DNA of 64,000 nucleotides from an uncultured Candidatus Woesearchaeota archaeon (GTDB lineage: Archaea > Nanobdellota > Nanobdellia > UBA10117), in NCBI GenBank assembly GCA_903864915.1, contig CAIPHS010000007.1, positions 15,146 to 79,145 on the forward strand. The letters run 5' to 3'. A program made the position numbers and the translations under genes. The stretch's first letter is position 1. Each line of letters starts with the position of its first letter. Of the stretch, positions 37,022-47,226 are shown piece by piece. Below the pieces are notes generated by a model. It saw only the letters and a program-made list of their open reading frames with translations. It was not told the DNA's origin and made no database searches.

Positions 37022-37183
37022 ATGTCAACGTTCAATATGCTTTGGCAGACGGTCAGGCACTGGTTAGACCACCAGATGTTCTTCATAGTCAACAAAATCA
37101 GGAAGCCGAAGGAAGTTCTTGTCATCGTTGCAAGGGCTCCGCCGAGACGAATGATGATGAACAAGTCATCAAGGCTTTATTGA
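37022..37183 (+). CDS. Possible 53-aa small protein (not in ORF track)
   Basis: MSTFNMLWQTVRHWLDHQMFFIVNKIRKPKEV...; fills the gap and is followed by a T-tract. Confidence 0.35.
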   Translation: MSTFNMLWQTVRHWLDHQMFFIVNKIRKPKEVLVIVARAPPRRMMMNKSSRLY

Positions 37184-37365
37184 TAATTTTTGCAATAATC
37201 CTAAAATCAGACTGCTGCGGCATAAATTGTGTAACTAACAAATTACATTCTAGAATTTGACACCCCATAGTCTAAAATCGCACAACGTCGCTATATAGGG
37301 GCAAAACAAACGTAACATATATTAAGTAGTAAACCCCTAATTTTTTTAATAAGGGGGAAGGCCAC

Positions 37366-38172
37366 ATGATTGTAAATGAAGAGTTCTTGAACAAGCTACG
37401 CAGAGCCTTCGGGCTAAATTTGTACGAAGTAAAACTTTGGGCCGCACTTCTTTCCCGTGGTGTCTCGACTGCAGGAGAATTGTCCGACATCGCAGATGTG
37501 CCGCGCTCCAGAACTTACGATGTTCTTGAATCCCTGGAAAGGAAAGGATTCATCATTGTAAAGCCTGAGAAGCCAATAAAATACCTGGCGATTCCGCCGT
37601 CCGAAGTCCTCGACAGGGTCAGGAAGAGACTGACAGAAACAACTGACGAAAGATTGAAGAGACTCGGTGACTTGAAAGAGTCTGATGTCTTGAAAGAGCT
37701 TGGACAATTATACAAGCAGGGCATTGAACCTTTGCAGCCAACTGATTTTTCTGGCGCACTAAAAGGCAGGCATAACTTGTACGACCACATGGCTTACCTG
37801 ATCAAGGAAGCACAGAACCAGGTTTGCATCATGACCAGCGAGGAAGGACTAATCAGAAAAGTGCGTGCTCTGAAACCATTGCTCGAAAAAGCCAAAGGCA
37901 AGGGTGTGAAAATCAGGATTGCAGCACCTATTACTGAAAAGACAAAGGAATCCATTGACAAGCTTGATGGAATTGCTGAAGTCAAGAGCATAAAGGACAT
38001 GGATGCAAGGTTTGCTATTGTAGATGGCAAGCATGTCTTGTTTATGCTGATGGACGACAAGGATGTACACCCGACATATGATTTGGGAATGTGGGTACAT
38101 TCGCCATACTTCGCAACAGCAATGCAGGAAATGTTCGACACAAGCTGGAAGACAAAAGCCAACGGGAAGTAA
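37366..38172 (+). CDS. TrmB-family transcriptional regulator
   Basis: FGLNLYE.K.W.ALL, VPRSRTYDVLESLE.KGF, KPIKY.A.PP. Confidence 0.93.
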   Translation: MIVNEEFLNKLRRAFGLNLYEVKLWAALLSRGVSTAGELSDIADVPRSRTYDVLESLERKGFIIVKPEKPIKYLAIPPSEVLDRVRKRLTETTDERLKRLGDLKESDVLKELGQLYKQGIEPLQPTDFSGALKGRHNLYDHMAYLIKEAQNQVCIMTSEEGLIRKVRALKPLLEKAKGKGVKIRIAAPITEKTKESIDKLDGIAEVKSIKDMDARFAIVDGKHVLFMLMDDKDVHPTYDLGMWVHSPYFATAMQEMFDTSWKTKANGK

Positions 38173-38196
38173 TTTCCCGTTTTTTAATTTTTTTAT

Positions 38197-39162
38197 TTAA
38201 TCCAGAAGATTTACTTTTATGCCCTTGTCATGCTTTGTTTTCATGCTTTTCAGAAGGCCCCTGTATTCTGCGCTGACTTCGCTAAGCCTGTAAACAACCC
38301 CTTCTTCAAGATATTCGGGGTCTACAAACCGCCACTTGTTTCTTGAATAAATCTGCGGGTTTTCCTCAACAAATTCATACTTTATTTTCCCCGACAACGT
38401 CTTCAGCAGGCCCAGAATCTCAGCATTCTTGCTTTTTTTCAATTTACTGATGACATAGCTGTCTGTCTCGTAAAAATCCTCTTTTGAAACGATTCTGTTA
38501 TCAAGCGCAATCCTCAAAGCCTGCGCAAACAAGTTCCACCGGATTTTCGGCTCTGGCCCGCTCCAGTGCTCCATCTGGCATTTCATATAACCAAATCCGA
38601 ATTTTTCCGCTGCTTTTTCTGAGGCAAAAATCAGTTTCCCGTCATAGGCAGTCAGATTATCAAGGCAAGGCCGGACCGCGCCCCTGTCAAACACAAAATC
38701 CCGTAGTGCATAATCTATCCTGTCCGCGCACAAGTCCGGGGCGTCCCTTTCCAGAAGCCCAAATTTATGCACATCAATAACACGTCCAGTATCAATGCCA
38801 TTTTTAGACAAAATCCGGGGAATTTCAGAGTTTAGGATGAATTTTTCATGGTTGTTATCCTGGAAATCCTCTTTTTCCATGTTGCCCATAACCAAATCAA
38901 TAAGATGTGAAAACGCGGTATGGGATGCGTCATGAGTGAGGCCTGCAATCTGCTCTTCAAGGCCAGCACCCATCTTTTTCAGCAAAAGCATCACACCTAC
39001 CGAATGAACATATCTGCTGAAACCTTTCATTGCATACAGGTCATCAGGCAAGCCATATTGGGCAATTCCCTTAAGCCTCTGTATCGATTTTGAATTTATC
39101 AACTCAACGAGAACGGGCTCTTCAATAGAACAGCACCCATAAACCGCATCCTTAACCTTCAT
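38197..39162 (-). CDS. HD-domain phosphohydrolase
   Basis: QRLKGI.Q, SRY.HS.GV, HDASHTAFSH, ADRIDY. Confidence 0.9.
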   Translation of the reverse strand: MKVKDAVYGCCSIEEPVLVELINSKSIQRLKGIAQYGLPDDLYAMKGFSRYVHSVGVMLLLKKMGAGLEEQIAGLTHDASHTAFSHLIDLVMGNMEKEDFQDNNHEKFILNSEIPRILSKNGIDTGRVIDVHKFGLLERDAPDLCADRIDYALRDFVFDRGAVRPCLDNLTAYDGKLIFASEKAAEKFGFGYMKCQMEHWSGPEPKIRWNLFAQALRIALDNRIVSKEDFYETDSYVISKLKKSKNAEILGLLKTLSGKIKYEFVEENPQIYSRNKWRFVDPEYLEEGVVYRLSEVSAEYRGLLKSMKTKHDKGIKVNLLD

Positions 39163-39210
39163 AAAATTGCAGACTTGCAAAGTTTAATAAGGCTTTATTT
39201 TCTGCAAGAA

Positions 39211-39651
39211 TCAGCGCCAAATAAAATACCACGATAAAATAGCCACGGCTATGCAGAAAATATAACCCCAAGGAATTATCTTCTTGTTTCCGATTTTTAG
39301 CCAGGGGTAATAATCTGAAAACTTTGTCCAGAACTCTCTTAATTTAACCACAGGGCTCACGACAAACCAGCCAAAATCTTCTATCACCATTCCCGAGAAA
39401 TATGCGCTCACTAAAATTCCAAATAGTTTTGTATCCCATCCGTAAATTACTAGTGGAAGTATGAGGAGAAGAGGCCACATTACACAAAAAACATAAAAAT
39501 GATACGCAGTTAAAACAAAATTTTTCCCAAGTCTTATTTTCCAGCCAAGCGTTCTTCTGGCCCATGGATTTCTACCTTCGACATATGCTTCCCAAAAAGA
39601 CATTGCGAGCATTGCCGCATAAATTACGCAGAATATTAATAACACATTCAT
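39211..39651 (-). CDS. Membrane protein
   Basis: Four hydrophobic segments; E..EG..W, YH, EDF.WF motifs. Confidence 0.75.
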   Translation of the reverse strand: MNVLLIFCVIYAAMLAMSFWEAYVEGRNPWARRTLGWKIRLGKNFVLTAYHFYVFCVMWPLLLILPLVIYGWDTKLFGILVSAYFSGMVIEDFGWFVVSPVVKLREFWTKFSDYYPWLKIGNKKIIPWGYIFCIAVAILSWYFIWR

Positions 39652-39684
39652 TGTTTACTCACCACAAGCATTTGGGTTCTTCAA

Positions 39685-40611
39685 TTAGGCTGTAACGTCT
39701 GGCAACTTTTGCTGGCTTGCTGTTGAAATAAGCTCTGAGCCTATGCCCTTGCCTGCCCAGTATGCTGCAGAATTGACTGCCGCACCCGTAGTAGCACCAA
39801 ACAAGCTTTGCTGGCCCATGATAACTATGCGCGAATTTTCTATGCCTGCCAGCTGTTCTGCAAGCTTCTGTGCATCAGAGCCTCCGCCCAGGACATCAAC
39901 CATGCCATAATCCTTAGCCTCTGTGCCCAGCCACACACCGCCGTCTGCTAACTTATCAACGTAATCAACAGAAAGGTTGCGGTTCTGGGCTATTGCGTAC
40001 ACAAACATGTTCTTCAGGATGGTTATCTTCTGTAGTAAATATTGCTTCTCGTTTGGCGTTAACTGCGTGTACGGTGATCCAATATCCTTGTATTGCCCGG
40101 TAACTAGTTGATTGTAGGTTATGCCATATTTCTGCATGAGATTTTCAAAACTCAAGTAAGATGCTGTAACGCCGATGCTTCCGGTTATAGATGCAGGGTC
40201 TGCAACAACCTTGTCTGCAGAAGTTGCAATCCAGAATGCGCCGGATGCTCCGACTTCCCGTATTATAGCAACTGTTGGTTTTTTTGCATTCTTGACAGCT
40301 GATGCGATAGTTTCAGATGCAACAACGCCGCCACCTGGCGAATTGATATCGAAAATGATTGCTTTTACTGTTGTTTCTTTTTCAGCATCCTCTATGAGCT
40401 TGCTGATTGTTTGAGGGTCAGCAGGCCCGCCAATTCCAATCTCACCTTTTATCGGTATGACAGCAATTGCTGGGTTGAATAACTTCTGGTTATTTGCGCT
40501 TACAAGCATCCAGCCAACTATTAAAATTAGGAAAATTACGCTCACGCCAATGACAATTCTCGCAGCAATATTCTTTTTAGGCTGCTCTGTTTTGATTTGT
40601 TTAATGGCCAT
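39685..40611 (-). CDS. sppA: Signal peptide peptidase SppA (S49)
   Basis: INSPGG, ASG..WIA, TGSIGV, G.YKD. Confidence 0.92.
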   Translation of the reverse strand: MAIKQIKTEQPKKNIAARIVIGVSVIFLILIVGWMLVSANNQKLFNPAIAVIPIKGEIGIGGPADPQTISKLIEDAEKETTVKAIIFDINSPGGGVVASETIASAVKNAKKPTVAIIREVGASGAFWIATSADKVVADPASITGSIGVTASYLSFENLMQKYGITYNQLVTGQYKDIGSPYTQLTPNEKQYLLQKITILKNMFVYAIAQNRNLSVDYVDKLADGGVWLGTEAKDYGMVDVLGGGSDAQKLAEQLAGIENSRIVIMGQQSLFGATTGAAVNSAAYWAGKGIGSELISTASQQKLPDVTA

Positions 40612-40688
40612 AACGCATTATTTTGCCGTTGCATTATAAAGCTTGCCCACTATGAAAGCCTTTTAAATCAAATTTATGGTGCTGAAGT

Positions 40689-42254
40689 ATGAAATTCATC
40701 TCTCAGGAAACAATGCCGCAGGAAGCTATCAGGAAGCTGGCATTATCGCTCCTGAAATTAAACAAGCAGACCAAAGATGAAATTGAAAAAGCAAAATTAA
40801 AATGGGCTGCAAAATACGGGGCAAAAATTCCTCTCAACTCTTCCCTCTTATCTGCCGTAAATGAAAAGGAAAGAGAAAAATTGCGGACTATTCTGAAGAT
40901 AAAGCCAACGAGAACTTTGTCAGGCGTTTCAACGATTGCAATCATGACAAGGCCAATGGGCTGTCCCGGCAAGTGCACCTACTGCCCAACATCAAAAATT
41001 GCTGCAAAATCCTACACAGGATTTGAACCTTCTGCGATGAGGGCCAAGTTAAATGGCTGGGATTCTTACAAGATTGTAAAAAACAGGCTTGCTCAGCTGC
41101 AGGCAGTCGGCCATTCCACAGACAAAAATGAAGTTATTATACAGGGCGGAACATTCACATGGCTGCCTTGGAAATACCAATACAATTTCATCAAGAGGGC
41201 TTTTGACGCTTTTAACAACAAAGATGCAAAAGATTTGGTTGAAGCCCAGAAAATCAATGAAACTGCAGACAATAGAGTTGTATCTCTGATAATTGAAACG
41301 AGGCCAGATTTCTGCAGCGAAAAACACATTCAGCAGTTGCTTCAGCTTGGAGCAACGAGAGTTGAACTCGGATTGCAGTCAGTTTACGATGATGTCCTCC
41401 TTGCGATTAGAAGAGGGCACAGCGTGCAGGAATGCAAGAATGCTATCAAAGAACTGAAAGATGCAGGATTCAAAGTTGACCTGCACATCATGATTGGCCT
41501 TCCAAAATCTACAAAGAAAAAAGATATTCAAATGTTTGAAATTCTTTTTGAAGACGAAGCCTTTAGGCCAGATGGCTTGAAGATATACCCTGTTGCATTG
41601 CTAGAAGGCACAGAATTGTACAAGCAATGGAAACGCGGCGAGTACAAGCCAATAAATGAGAAATACATTATTGATGTTTTGTCTGAAGTGAAGGCAAAAT
41701 ACATCCCACCTTACTGTAGAATCAAAAGAATAATGCGGGATATACCTTCAACAAAGATTGCTGCTGGCTATGACCGGTTAAACCTCCGGGAATTCGTGCA
41801 GCAAAACATTCATGGAAAAGGATTAGCATGCAGATGTATTCGCTGCCGGGAAGTAGGCCAGAAATACAAAATCGAAGGCAAGCTGCCAAAAAAAGTCCAG
41901 TTAAAAACAATAGAATACGAGGCTTCCGGAGGAAAAGAATTCTTCATTTCCTTTGAGGATGCAGAACAGGACATTCTGCTTGGTTTTGCAAGGTTAAGAC
42001 TAACTGGAGAAAAAGCATTCCTCAGGGAACTGCATGTCTATGGCGAGTCTGTTCCAATAGAAAGTGCAGAAACAACAAAAGCAGCAATGCAGCACAAGGG
42101 CCTGGGCAAGAAACTGCTTGCCGAAGCAGAGAAAATAGCAAAAAAGCACAAGTACAAAGAGCTCCTTGTCCTGTCAGGTGCAGGTGTAAAGGAATACTAC
42201 AGACACTTAGGGTATAAAGACAAAGATTTTTATGTGGCTAAAGAACTTAGCTGA
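40689..42254 (+). CDS. elp3: Elp3 tRNA uridine(34) acetyltransferase (radical SAM + KAT)
   Basis: RTLSGV, CPGKCTYCP, GGTF, ETRPD, LKIYP, CRCIRCRE, RELHVYG, QHKGLG. Confidence 0.95.
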   Translation: MKFISQETMPQEAIRKLALSLLKLNKQTKDEIEKAKLKWAAKYGAKIPLNSSLLSAVNEKEREKLRTILKIKPTRTLSGVSTIAIMTRPMGCPGKCTYCPTSKIAAKSYTGFEPSAMRAKLNGWDSYKIVKNRLAQLQAVGHSTDKNEVIIQGGTFTWLPWKYQYNFIKRAFDAFNNKDAKDLVEAQKINETADNRVVSLIIETRPDFCSEKHIQQLLQLGATRVELGLQSVYDDVLLAIRRGHSVQECKNAIKELKDAGFKVDLHIMIGLPKSTKKKDIQMFEILFEDEAFRPDGLKIYPVALLEGTELYKQWKRGEYKPINEKYIIDVLSEVKAKYIPPYCRIKRIMRDIPSTKIAAGYDRLNLREFVQQNIHGKGLACRCIRCREVGQKYKIEGKLPKKVQLKTIEYEASGGKEFFISFEDAEQDILLGFARLRLTGEKAFLRELHVYGESVPIESAETTKAAMQHKGLGKKLLAEAEKIAKKHKYKELLVLSGAGVKEYYRHLGYKDKDFYVAKELS

Positions 42255-42257
42255 TTG

Positions 42258-42734
42258 ATGATTAAAATTGAAAAGCTCAAGCGGGCAGATATAACAAACG
42301 CCTACAAGTTTATTCAAAAAAACCTGATGGATTTTCCACTCTCGCCAAAGCACTCGCGAGTTCACTGGGCTGAGCGTTTTAATCCCAAATATGTTGCTGA
42401 TGATTTGTTTTGGAGCGAGGATTATGCCTGCGTTGTTGCCAAAAGCGACGGCAAAATAGTGGGGCTTGTTAATGGCTATCTTGACAGCGGAATTGTCTGG
42501 TTTAGCTGGCTTCTAATTGATAAGAAATTCCGGCGCAAGGGCCTGGGCTCGCAGCTTACGCTTGCCACGGAGCAGATTTACAAGAAAAAGGGCTACCACA
42601 AGGCTGTTGCCGAAACTCTGCCAAACAACACAAGGTCAAACAAGCTTTTGAAAAAAATAGGCTATGTCATTGAAGCAAAACTAAGGAAACATTACGCCAA
42701 GCAAGACTATTTCCAGTGGGCTAAGTGGCTCTAA
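42258..42734 (+). CDS. GNAT acetyltransferase
   Basis: RRKGLGSQL motif A; N..S..L.KK.GY. Confidence 0.85.
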   Translation: MIKIEKLKRADITNAYKFIQKNLMDFPLSPKHSRVHWAERFNPKYVADDLFWSEDYACVVAKSDGKIVGLVNGYLDSGIVWFSWLLIDKKFRRKGLGSQLTLATEQIYKKKGYHKAVAETLPNNTRSNKLLKKIGYVIEAKLRKHYAKQDYFQWAKWL

Positions 42735-42771
42735 GTTAGACTTTTAAACACACAAATTTTGATGGGCTTAT

Positions 42772-42844
42772 AGCCCCATCGTCCAGCGGTCAAGGATACG
42801 AGGCTTTGGACCTCGGGACATCGGTTCGAATCCGGTTGGGGCTA
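42772..42844 (+). tRNA. tRNA-Gln(TTG)
   Basis: Cloverleaf AGCCCCA/TGGGGCT-A; anticodon arm CGAGG-CTTTGGA-CCTCG; TTCGAAT loop. A1-U72 is the GatDE identity element. Confidence 0.95.
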
Positions 42845-43531
42845 TTATTTACAAAAGCATACTTTTTGGTAAAGAGGCTCTTCTGCAATTAAGCCCATCA
42901 CCCTTATCCAATCTTCACATATCGCTTTGTAAGCTTCAGCGACCCTCTTATCAACTTTCAAATACGCTGAGTAAATCCTATGGCCTTTTTCCAAAGCCTT
43001 TTCACAATTTGGCTTACATGGCGTGAAGCCCCAAGTAAAATACACCAGCGGGTCTATCTTTCTTCCCGTTTCACGATACAATTTAACATGATCTGTGCCA
43101 CGAACGTCAAAATCGATGCCAGCAAGTGAGTCTTCTGTTGCCGACTTGGCACAGCAAACAGGATAGTCAAGCACTCTAGGGAGCTCCATCATGCCCTGCA
43201 AATCTATGTCAATGTTCTTGATTTTTTCAATTAACGGTTTATTGCTTTTCTCTGTTATAAAATACCAATCAATCTCCGGCCTTCTAAGGTCTTCATTCAT
43301 TGCAGTCCACGGTATCAAAACAAGACCAATTTCTCCAGCAATGCTCTTTTCTTCATTTGATAAACCACAAACATTCTTGCTAAACTCATCAAGCCTGTAT
43401 AAAGCAGCTGGCCTTAATTTTAGTGCAACGGGGAAATAAGCAGTAAGAAGCACATTCATAGTATTATTTGCGTTGTTTTCCCTGCACTCTGTCTCTTTTA
43501 TTATTTTAATAATAAGTTTTGATTCTAGCAT
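42845..43531 (-). CDS. DUF483-like protein (start uncertain)
   Basis: L.YP.CC and F.PC...C..A motifs. Confidence 0.6.
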   Translation of the reverse strand: MLESKLIIKIIKETECRENNANNTMNVLLTAYFPVALKLRPAALYRLDEFSKNVCGLSNEEKSIAGEIGLVLIPWTAMNEDLRRPEIDWYFITEKSNKPLIEKIKNIDIDLQGMMELPRVLDYPVCCAKSATEDSLAGIDFDVRGTDHVKLYRETGRKIDPLVYFTWGFTPCKPNCEKALEKGHRIYSAYLKVDKRVAEAYKAICEDWIRVMGLIAEEPLYQKVCFCK

Positions 43532-43561
43532 AAATTAAATCCAAAAAGAAGTCTTAAAAGT

Positions 43562-44092
43562 CTACTTCTTGGCCAGCTTTGCTTCTTCCTTTACCAGCTC
43601 TTTTTCCATCTCTTCAATCTCAGCCCTTAATTTCTTCGCAGTCACAGTTGCCTTCGCTTCTACCAGCGAAGATCCGCAGGTTGGGCACGTGAATTGGGTT
43701 TCAAGAGCATCCTCGTACGAGTATTTGGCATTGCAGGCCTTGCACTCGAAGGCGTAGCGCATCTCTGCCTCTAGTTCCTGCTTCTTCCTCTCTACCTGCT
43801 TGCGCCGGTATTCCAGGAATAGTTCCTGTATCCTTCCCCTGTCAAGGCTCCAGTTGTAAATATACCACCATTTCTTCTTGGGATCTGCTTTCTTCTCATA
43901 TGTGGCTAGCCTCTTCTCATACAATTTGTACAATAATTTCCTGGTGTCATTAATTTTGAATTTCAAAGCCTTGGCAATGCTTTCTTCCATTGCGCTTTTC
44001 TTCTTCTGTAAAATTGTAAGAATCTTTAGTGTTGGCTCATCGAGCTCGAGGCCAATTTCCCCCAGCATTACTTCAAGTTTCGTGGCTGCCAT
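43562..44092 (-). CDS. tfe: Transcription factor E (TFE alpha)
   Basis: IN..RK.LYKL, W..Y.W, C..C...A....F.CP.CG zinc ribbon. Confidence 0.92.
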   Translation of the reverse strand: MAATKLEVMLGEIGLELDEPTLKILTILQKKKSAMEESIAKALKFKINDTRKLLYKLYEKRLATYEKKADPKKKWWYIYNWSLDRGRIQELFLEYRRKQVERKKQELEAEMRYAFECKACNAKYSYEDALETQFTCPTCGSSLVEAKATVTAKKLRAEIEEMEKELVKEEAKLAKK

Positions 44093-45268
44093 CTAGAATG
44101 CCATCCTTATGTATGGTCCTATCAAATTTGCCAGTAACAGCAACAGTGATAGGGCTGAGATTATTCCAAAGACCTTTTTAGCCCTTTTCCTGTTTTTAAT
44201 AGCCTGTTCCAGGCCGATTTTAGCCATCCTTCCACCATCAATAGGGCCCAAAGGAAGCACATTCATCAAACCTATTCCAAGGTTTAGCGTGAAAATCCAG
44301 TAAAGAAGCGTCAGGAAGTACCACGTGCACCAAGGCAGGTTGCCATATTTCGCTTTTACTTCTGGCTTGATTTGCATATCCTGCTTTACATTGACACCCA
44401 TATACGCCAAAGAAGCATTCTTCGGATTCGCTATTGTTGTCACAGGATAAATCGTGCTATTCGCCTTTATGTTAACCACGTTGCCTGGCGTAATCGTCTG
44501 CATGTATTTCAGAAAACTTGTTGAGTCATTTATGTTTTGATTATCAATCGCAGTTATAGTGATATCTTTTGACAAGCCAGCAAGCTCTGCAGGCTGGCCT
44601 TTTGTCACGGAATCTATGGTCAGGCCCGATGGTACTATCACCGCACCGACAATAGGGGTTATCAGGAATACTGCAAGTGCCAGAGTAATCGCTGCAGAAA
44701 CGAAATTTGACATTGCTCCTGCACCGAAAATTGCCATCTGGGTCTTCCAGTTCTGCTTTTTCAGTTGCTTCTCATCCGGCTCAACAAAAGCCAGAGGCAA
44801 TAACAGCAGAAGACCAACTCCTGAAGATTTGACTTTGTTCTTGAAAGCTTCAGATACTATTCCGTGCGCACCCTCGTGCACAACTATGACAAAAAAGAGA
44901 GCGATGATCCCATACCAGAACGGAACAAAGATTGAGGAACCGGGCACATGTACACCAGGCAATACTAAAGAAATCGTTGCAACTTCAGGCCTAACAAGAA
45001 TCAGCTTGATTAAAGCATAAGTAAGATAGCTAAAAATGAAAACCATGGCGCCAAAGCCAACTGGAATAGAAGCGTAACCAAACCACTTCCAGAAACGCGG
45101 AGTTTTGTTGGCGATGCGCTTCATCCAACTATTGAACCTCTTGGTTTTGTACAAAAAGAATATCTTGCTTTGAACCTCAACCCTTTTCCTTCTGATGAAA
45201 AGAAACAATGCAATAAGGCTGTAAAACACTACTATTGAGATTAGATTCCAATCTAAGTTCATAGACAT
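44093..45268 (-). CDS. Site-2 protease (M50) with PDZ domain
   Basis: HEGAHG, AFVEPDE, N.LP..P.DGG. Confidence 0.92.
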   Translation of the reverse strand: MSMNLDWNLISIVVFYSLIALFLFIRRKRVEVQSKIFFLYKTKRFNSWMKRIANKTPRFWKWFGYASIPVGFGAMVFIFSYLTYALIKLILVRPEVATISLVLPGVHVPGSSIFVPFWYGIIALFFVIVVHEGAHGIVSEAFKNKVKSSGVGLLLLLPLAFVEPDEKQLKKQNWKTQMAIFGAGAMSNFVSAAITLALAVFLITPIVGAVIVPSGLTIDSVTKGQPAELAGLSKDITITAIDNQNINDSTSFLKYMQTITPGNVVNIKANSTIYPVTTIANPKNASLAYMGVNVKQDMQIKPEVKAKYGNLPWCTWYFLTLLYWIFTLNLGIGLMNVLPLGPIDGGRMAKIGLEQAIKNRKRAKKVFGIISALSLLLLLANLIGPYIRMAF

Positions 45269-45269
45269 C

Positions 45270-45467
45270 CTAGTCCTTCTTGTATCGAGCCACGATGTCT
45301 ATTAAGTCTATGTGACCCAAAAACAGTGCTCGGCAGCAGTATCTCTTAATACCTAATTTGTCAAGCACTTCTTTTGCAGGCTCTCCTTTAGCAACTCTTT
45401 CCTTAAATTGCTCCCACAAATGCGCTACTGGTTTTCCGCAACTAAAACAACGAATCGGAATTATCAT
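45270..45467 (-). CDS. rpoN: RNA polymerase subunit N (Rpo10)
   Basis: MIIPIRCFSCGK, LG.KRYCCR. Confidence 0.97.
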   Translation of the reverse strand: MIIPIRCFSCGKPVAHLWEQFKERVAKGEPAKEVLDKLGIKRYCCRALFLGHIDLIDIVARYKKD

Positions 45468-45628
45468 AATATTGTTGGTAAATTGCTGGCTTTTAAAAGC
45501 TTTGGTTTTAGGGGCTTTATAAAGCCCTTTTTAAGAGCCAAACCACCGAAACCCTTTTAAACACAATATAGCAATTAATGTATAACTAATACATACAATA
45601 TAGACAACACATCCATATTGAAACTAAA

Positions 45629-45934
45629 ATGGCAAACCCAAAAGACGCTGTAAAAGAAACGCTAAGTGCATTCTTAGCTGGTGCTATGCCTGCCCCACAG
45701 GCTGTTGCAACCATAGACAAAATGATTGGCGGGATTACAGGATTTATCTACAAAGATGGTCTTAAGTTCACTATTCAGAACCTAATGCAGCGTTTTTCTT
45801 GCCCACTCCCTCAAAGCAAATACGAACAGAAACTCTTTGTCGAAGAGCTAGTCCCTGAACTGCAAAGCTACTGCAACGGCATGGGACAGGCCCACATCTC
45901 AAAGTACCAATCAACAAAGCATCATTGCGCTTAG
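45629..45934 (+). CDS. Hypothetical protein (first gene of island)
   Basis: Downstream of the GAAACCCTTTTAAA promoter (~45548-45561). Confidence 0.65.
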   Translation: MANPKDAVKETLSAFLAGAMPAPQAVATIDKMIGGITGFIYKDGLKFTIQNLMQRFSCPLPQSKYEQKLFVEELVPELQSYCNGMGQAHISKYQSTKHHCA

Positions 45935-45942
45935 GAGAAAAA

Positions 45943-46350
45943 ATGGCAACCTCACAACTTCGAACACTGGAAAATTTGAAAACGCAGGTAGAACGTCCTA
46001 TAAACAGCCCGACTACGGAAGAGACAAAGTATTCTAGCAAGCAGCCTTTTGATCCTGTAAGCGCTGCTGCTTCATTCCACCGCGCTTTGCCTGAAGGTAA
46101 ATATAAAGATGCTACTTACTGCATACTAAAGACCCTTGCCAAAGGCGAGTATGATCTAGAATCTGTCGCAGGTAACTTAATGACGGATTTAGATTCAGCA
46201 GATCCTGGCAAATCTAGACCTGCACTCAACACCTTGCAGCACATTCTATCTTTGTACGATGTGAGCATACCCCCAACCGACCCGGATGGTCCGGTCATTG
46301 AGAAAATGCGTGAGGCTGTAGACATATACCAAATGATAAACGGAGACTAA
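45943..46350 (+). CDS. Hypothetical protein
   Basis: AGGAGA SD, ATG at 45943. Confidence 0.7.
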   Translation: MATSQLRTLENLKTQVERPINSPTTEETKYSSKQPFDPVSAAASFHRALPEGKYKDATYCILKTLAKGEYDLESVAGNLMTDLDSADPGKSRPALNTLQHILSLYDVSIPPTDPDGPVIEKMREAVDIYQMINGD

Positions 46351-46351
46351 A

Positions 46352-46891
46352 ATGTTAACTATCAAAAAAATCCAGCCAAGGAAAGCAAATAAAGGTGTTT
46401 TGCTAGATGCAAATGTCTTCATCGATGCTGAGCAAGATAAACCTTTAGCCATACAAATATTAAAAGCTGCAGAAGACAATTACTTTTCAGAAAATCCAAA
46501 ATTCGCATTTTACACAACAAATCAAGCCATACAAGAGCTTTATAGGCTAGAACCAAAAATCGAAAGCTTTGGAATTTTTATAACTCCAATAAATATTACT
46601 AATACCGATGCTGTTATTGATAGTATACGTAATGGCGCCAGCTCTACAGATAAGGGCTTGCTTCAAGCCTTAGCAACAAACAAAGACGTTGATACTTTAG
46701 TAACTGAGGATAGACATCTATGGAATCCAGATATTCTAAATTTTGTTAGAACTCATTATCAAAAACCAGTCCAAATTTTTAATCAAAACCGTTTTGTAGA
46801 AAAGTTTCTGCAACCCCAAGAAGTGAATCATCAGGGTTTTGAAAAGATTGAGGCCTATTTGCAGGCCAAAGGCAAATTTGTAGGAGGTTAA
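46352..46891 (+). CDS. PIN-domain nuclease
   Basis: VLLDANVFI, IQEL, TDKGLL, LVTEDRHL acidic tetrad. Confidence 0.8.
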   Translation: MLTIKKIQPRKANKGVLLDANVFIDAEQDKPLAIQILKAAEDNYFSENPKFAFYTTNQAIQELYRLEPKIESFGIFITPINITNTDAVIDSIRNGASSTDKGLLQALATNKDVDTLVTEDRHLWNPDILNFVRTHYQKPVQIFNQNRFVEKFLQPQEVNHQGFEKIEAYLQAKGKFVGG

Positions 46892-46892
46892 A

Positions 46893-47219
46893 ATGACAAC
46901 TGAAATGAAAACTGAAAATAAACAATGGGATGAAACGAGGGACCTTGTCGACAAGGTAACTCGAAATATAAAAGACGGCAAGAAAGACGAAGCCAAAACT
47001 TTGATTGGCGATTTTGCGAAATCTGGCAGTCTTGGCTATTTTACGGCGCACTTATTGAAGCGCGTTGGGGAACATAGATCTGCTGCTGTAAAAGGATTCG
47101 AAGCTGGCACGCCGCGCGACATAGCAAGAGAGATGTACGAAATGCTAGCACAAGAATTAGAACAGGCTGGCAGAACAGAAGACGCCCAGATTTATCGCAA
47201 CGGTTCAACTTACTTGTGA
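46893..47219 (+). CDS. Hypothetical helical protein
   Basis: GGAGG SD, TAAAATG junction. Confidence 0.7.
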   Translation: MTTEMKTENKQWDETRDLVDKVTRNIKDGKKDEAKTLIGDFAKSGSLGYFTAHLLKRVGEHRSAAVKGFEAGTPRDIAREMYEMLAQELEQAGRTEDAQIYRNGSTYL

Positions 47220-47226
47220 GTTTGCA

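Noticed and set aside
42761-42780. Leader GATGGGCT complementary to the tRNA-Gln 5' end (split or permuted tRNA?)
   Set aside because: The tRNA is complete and canonical, and the match is short enough to be chance.
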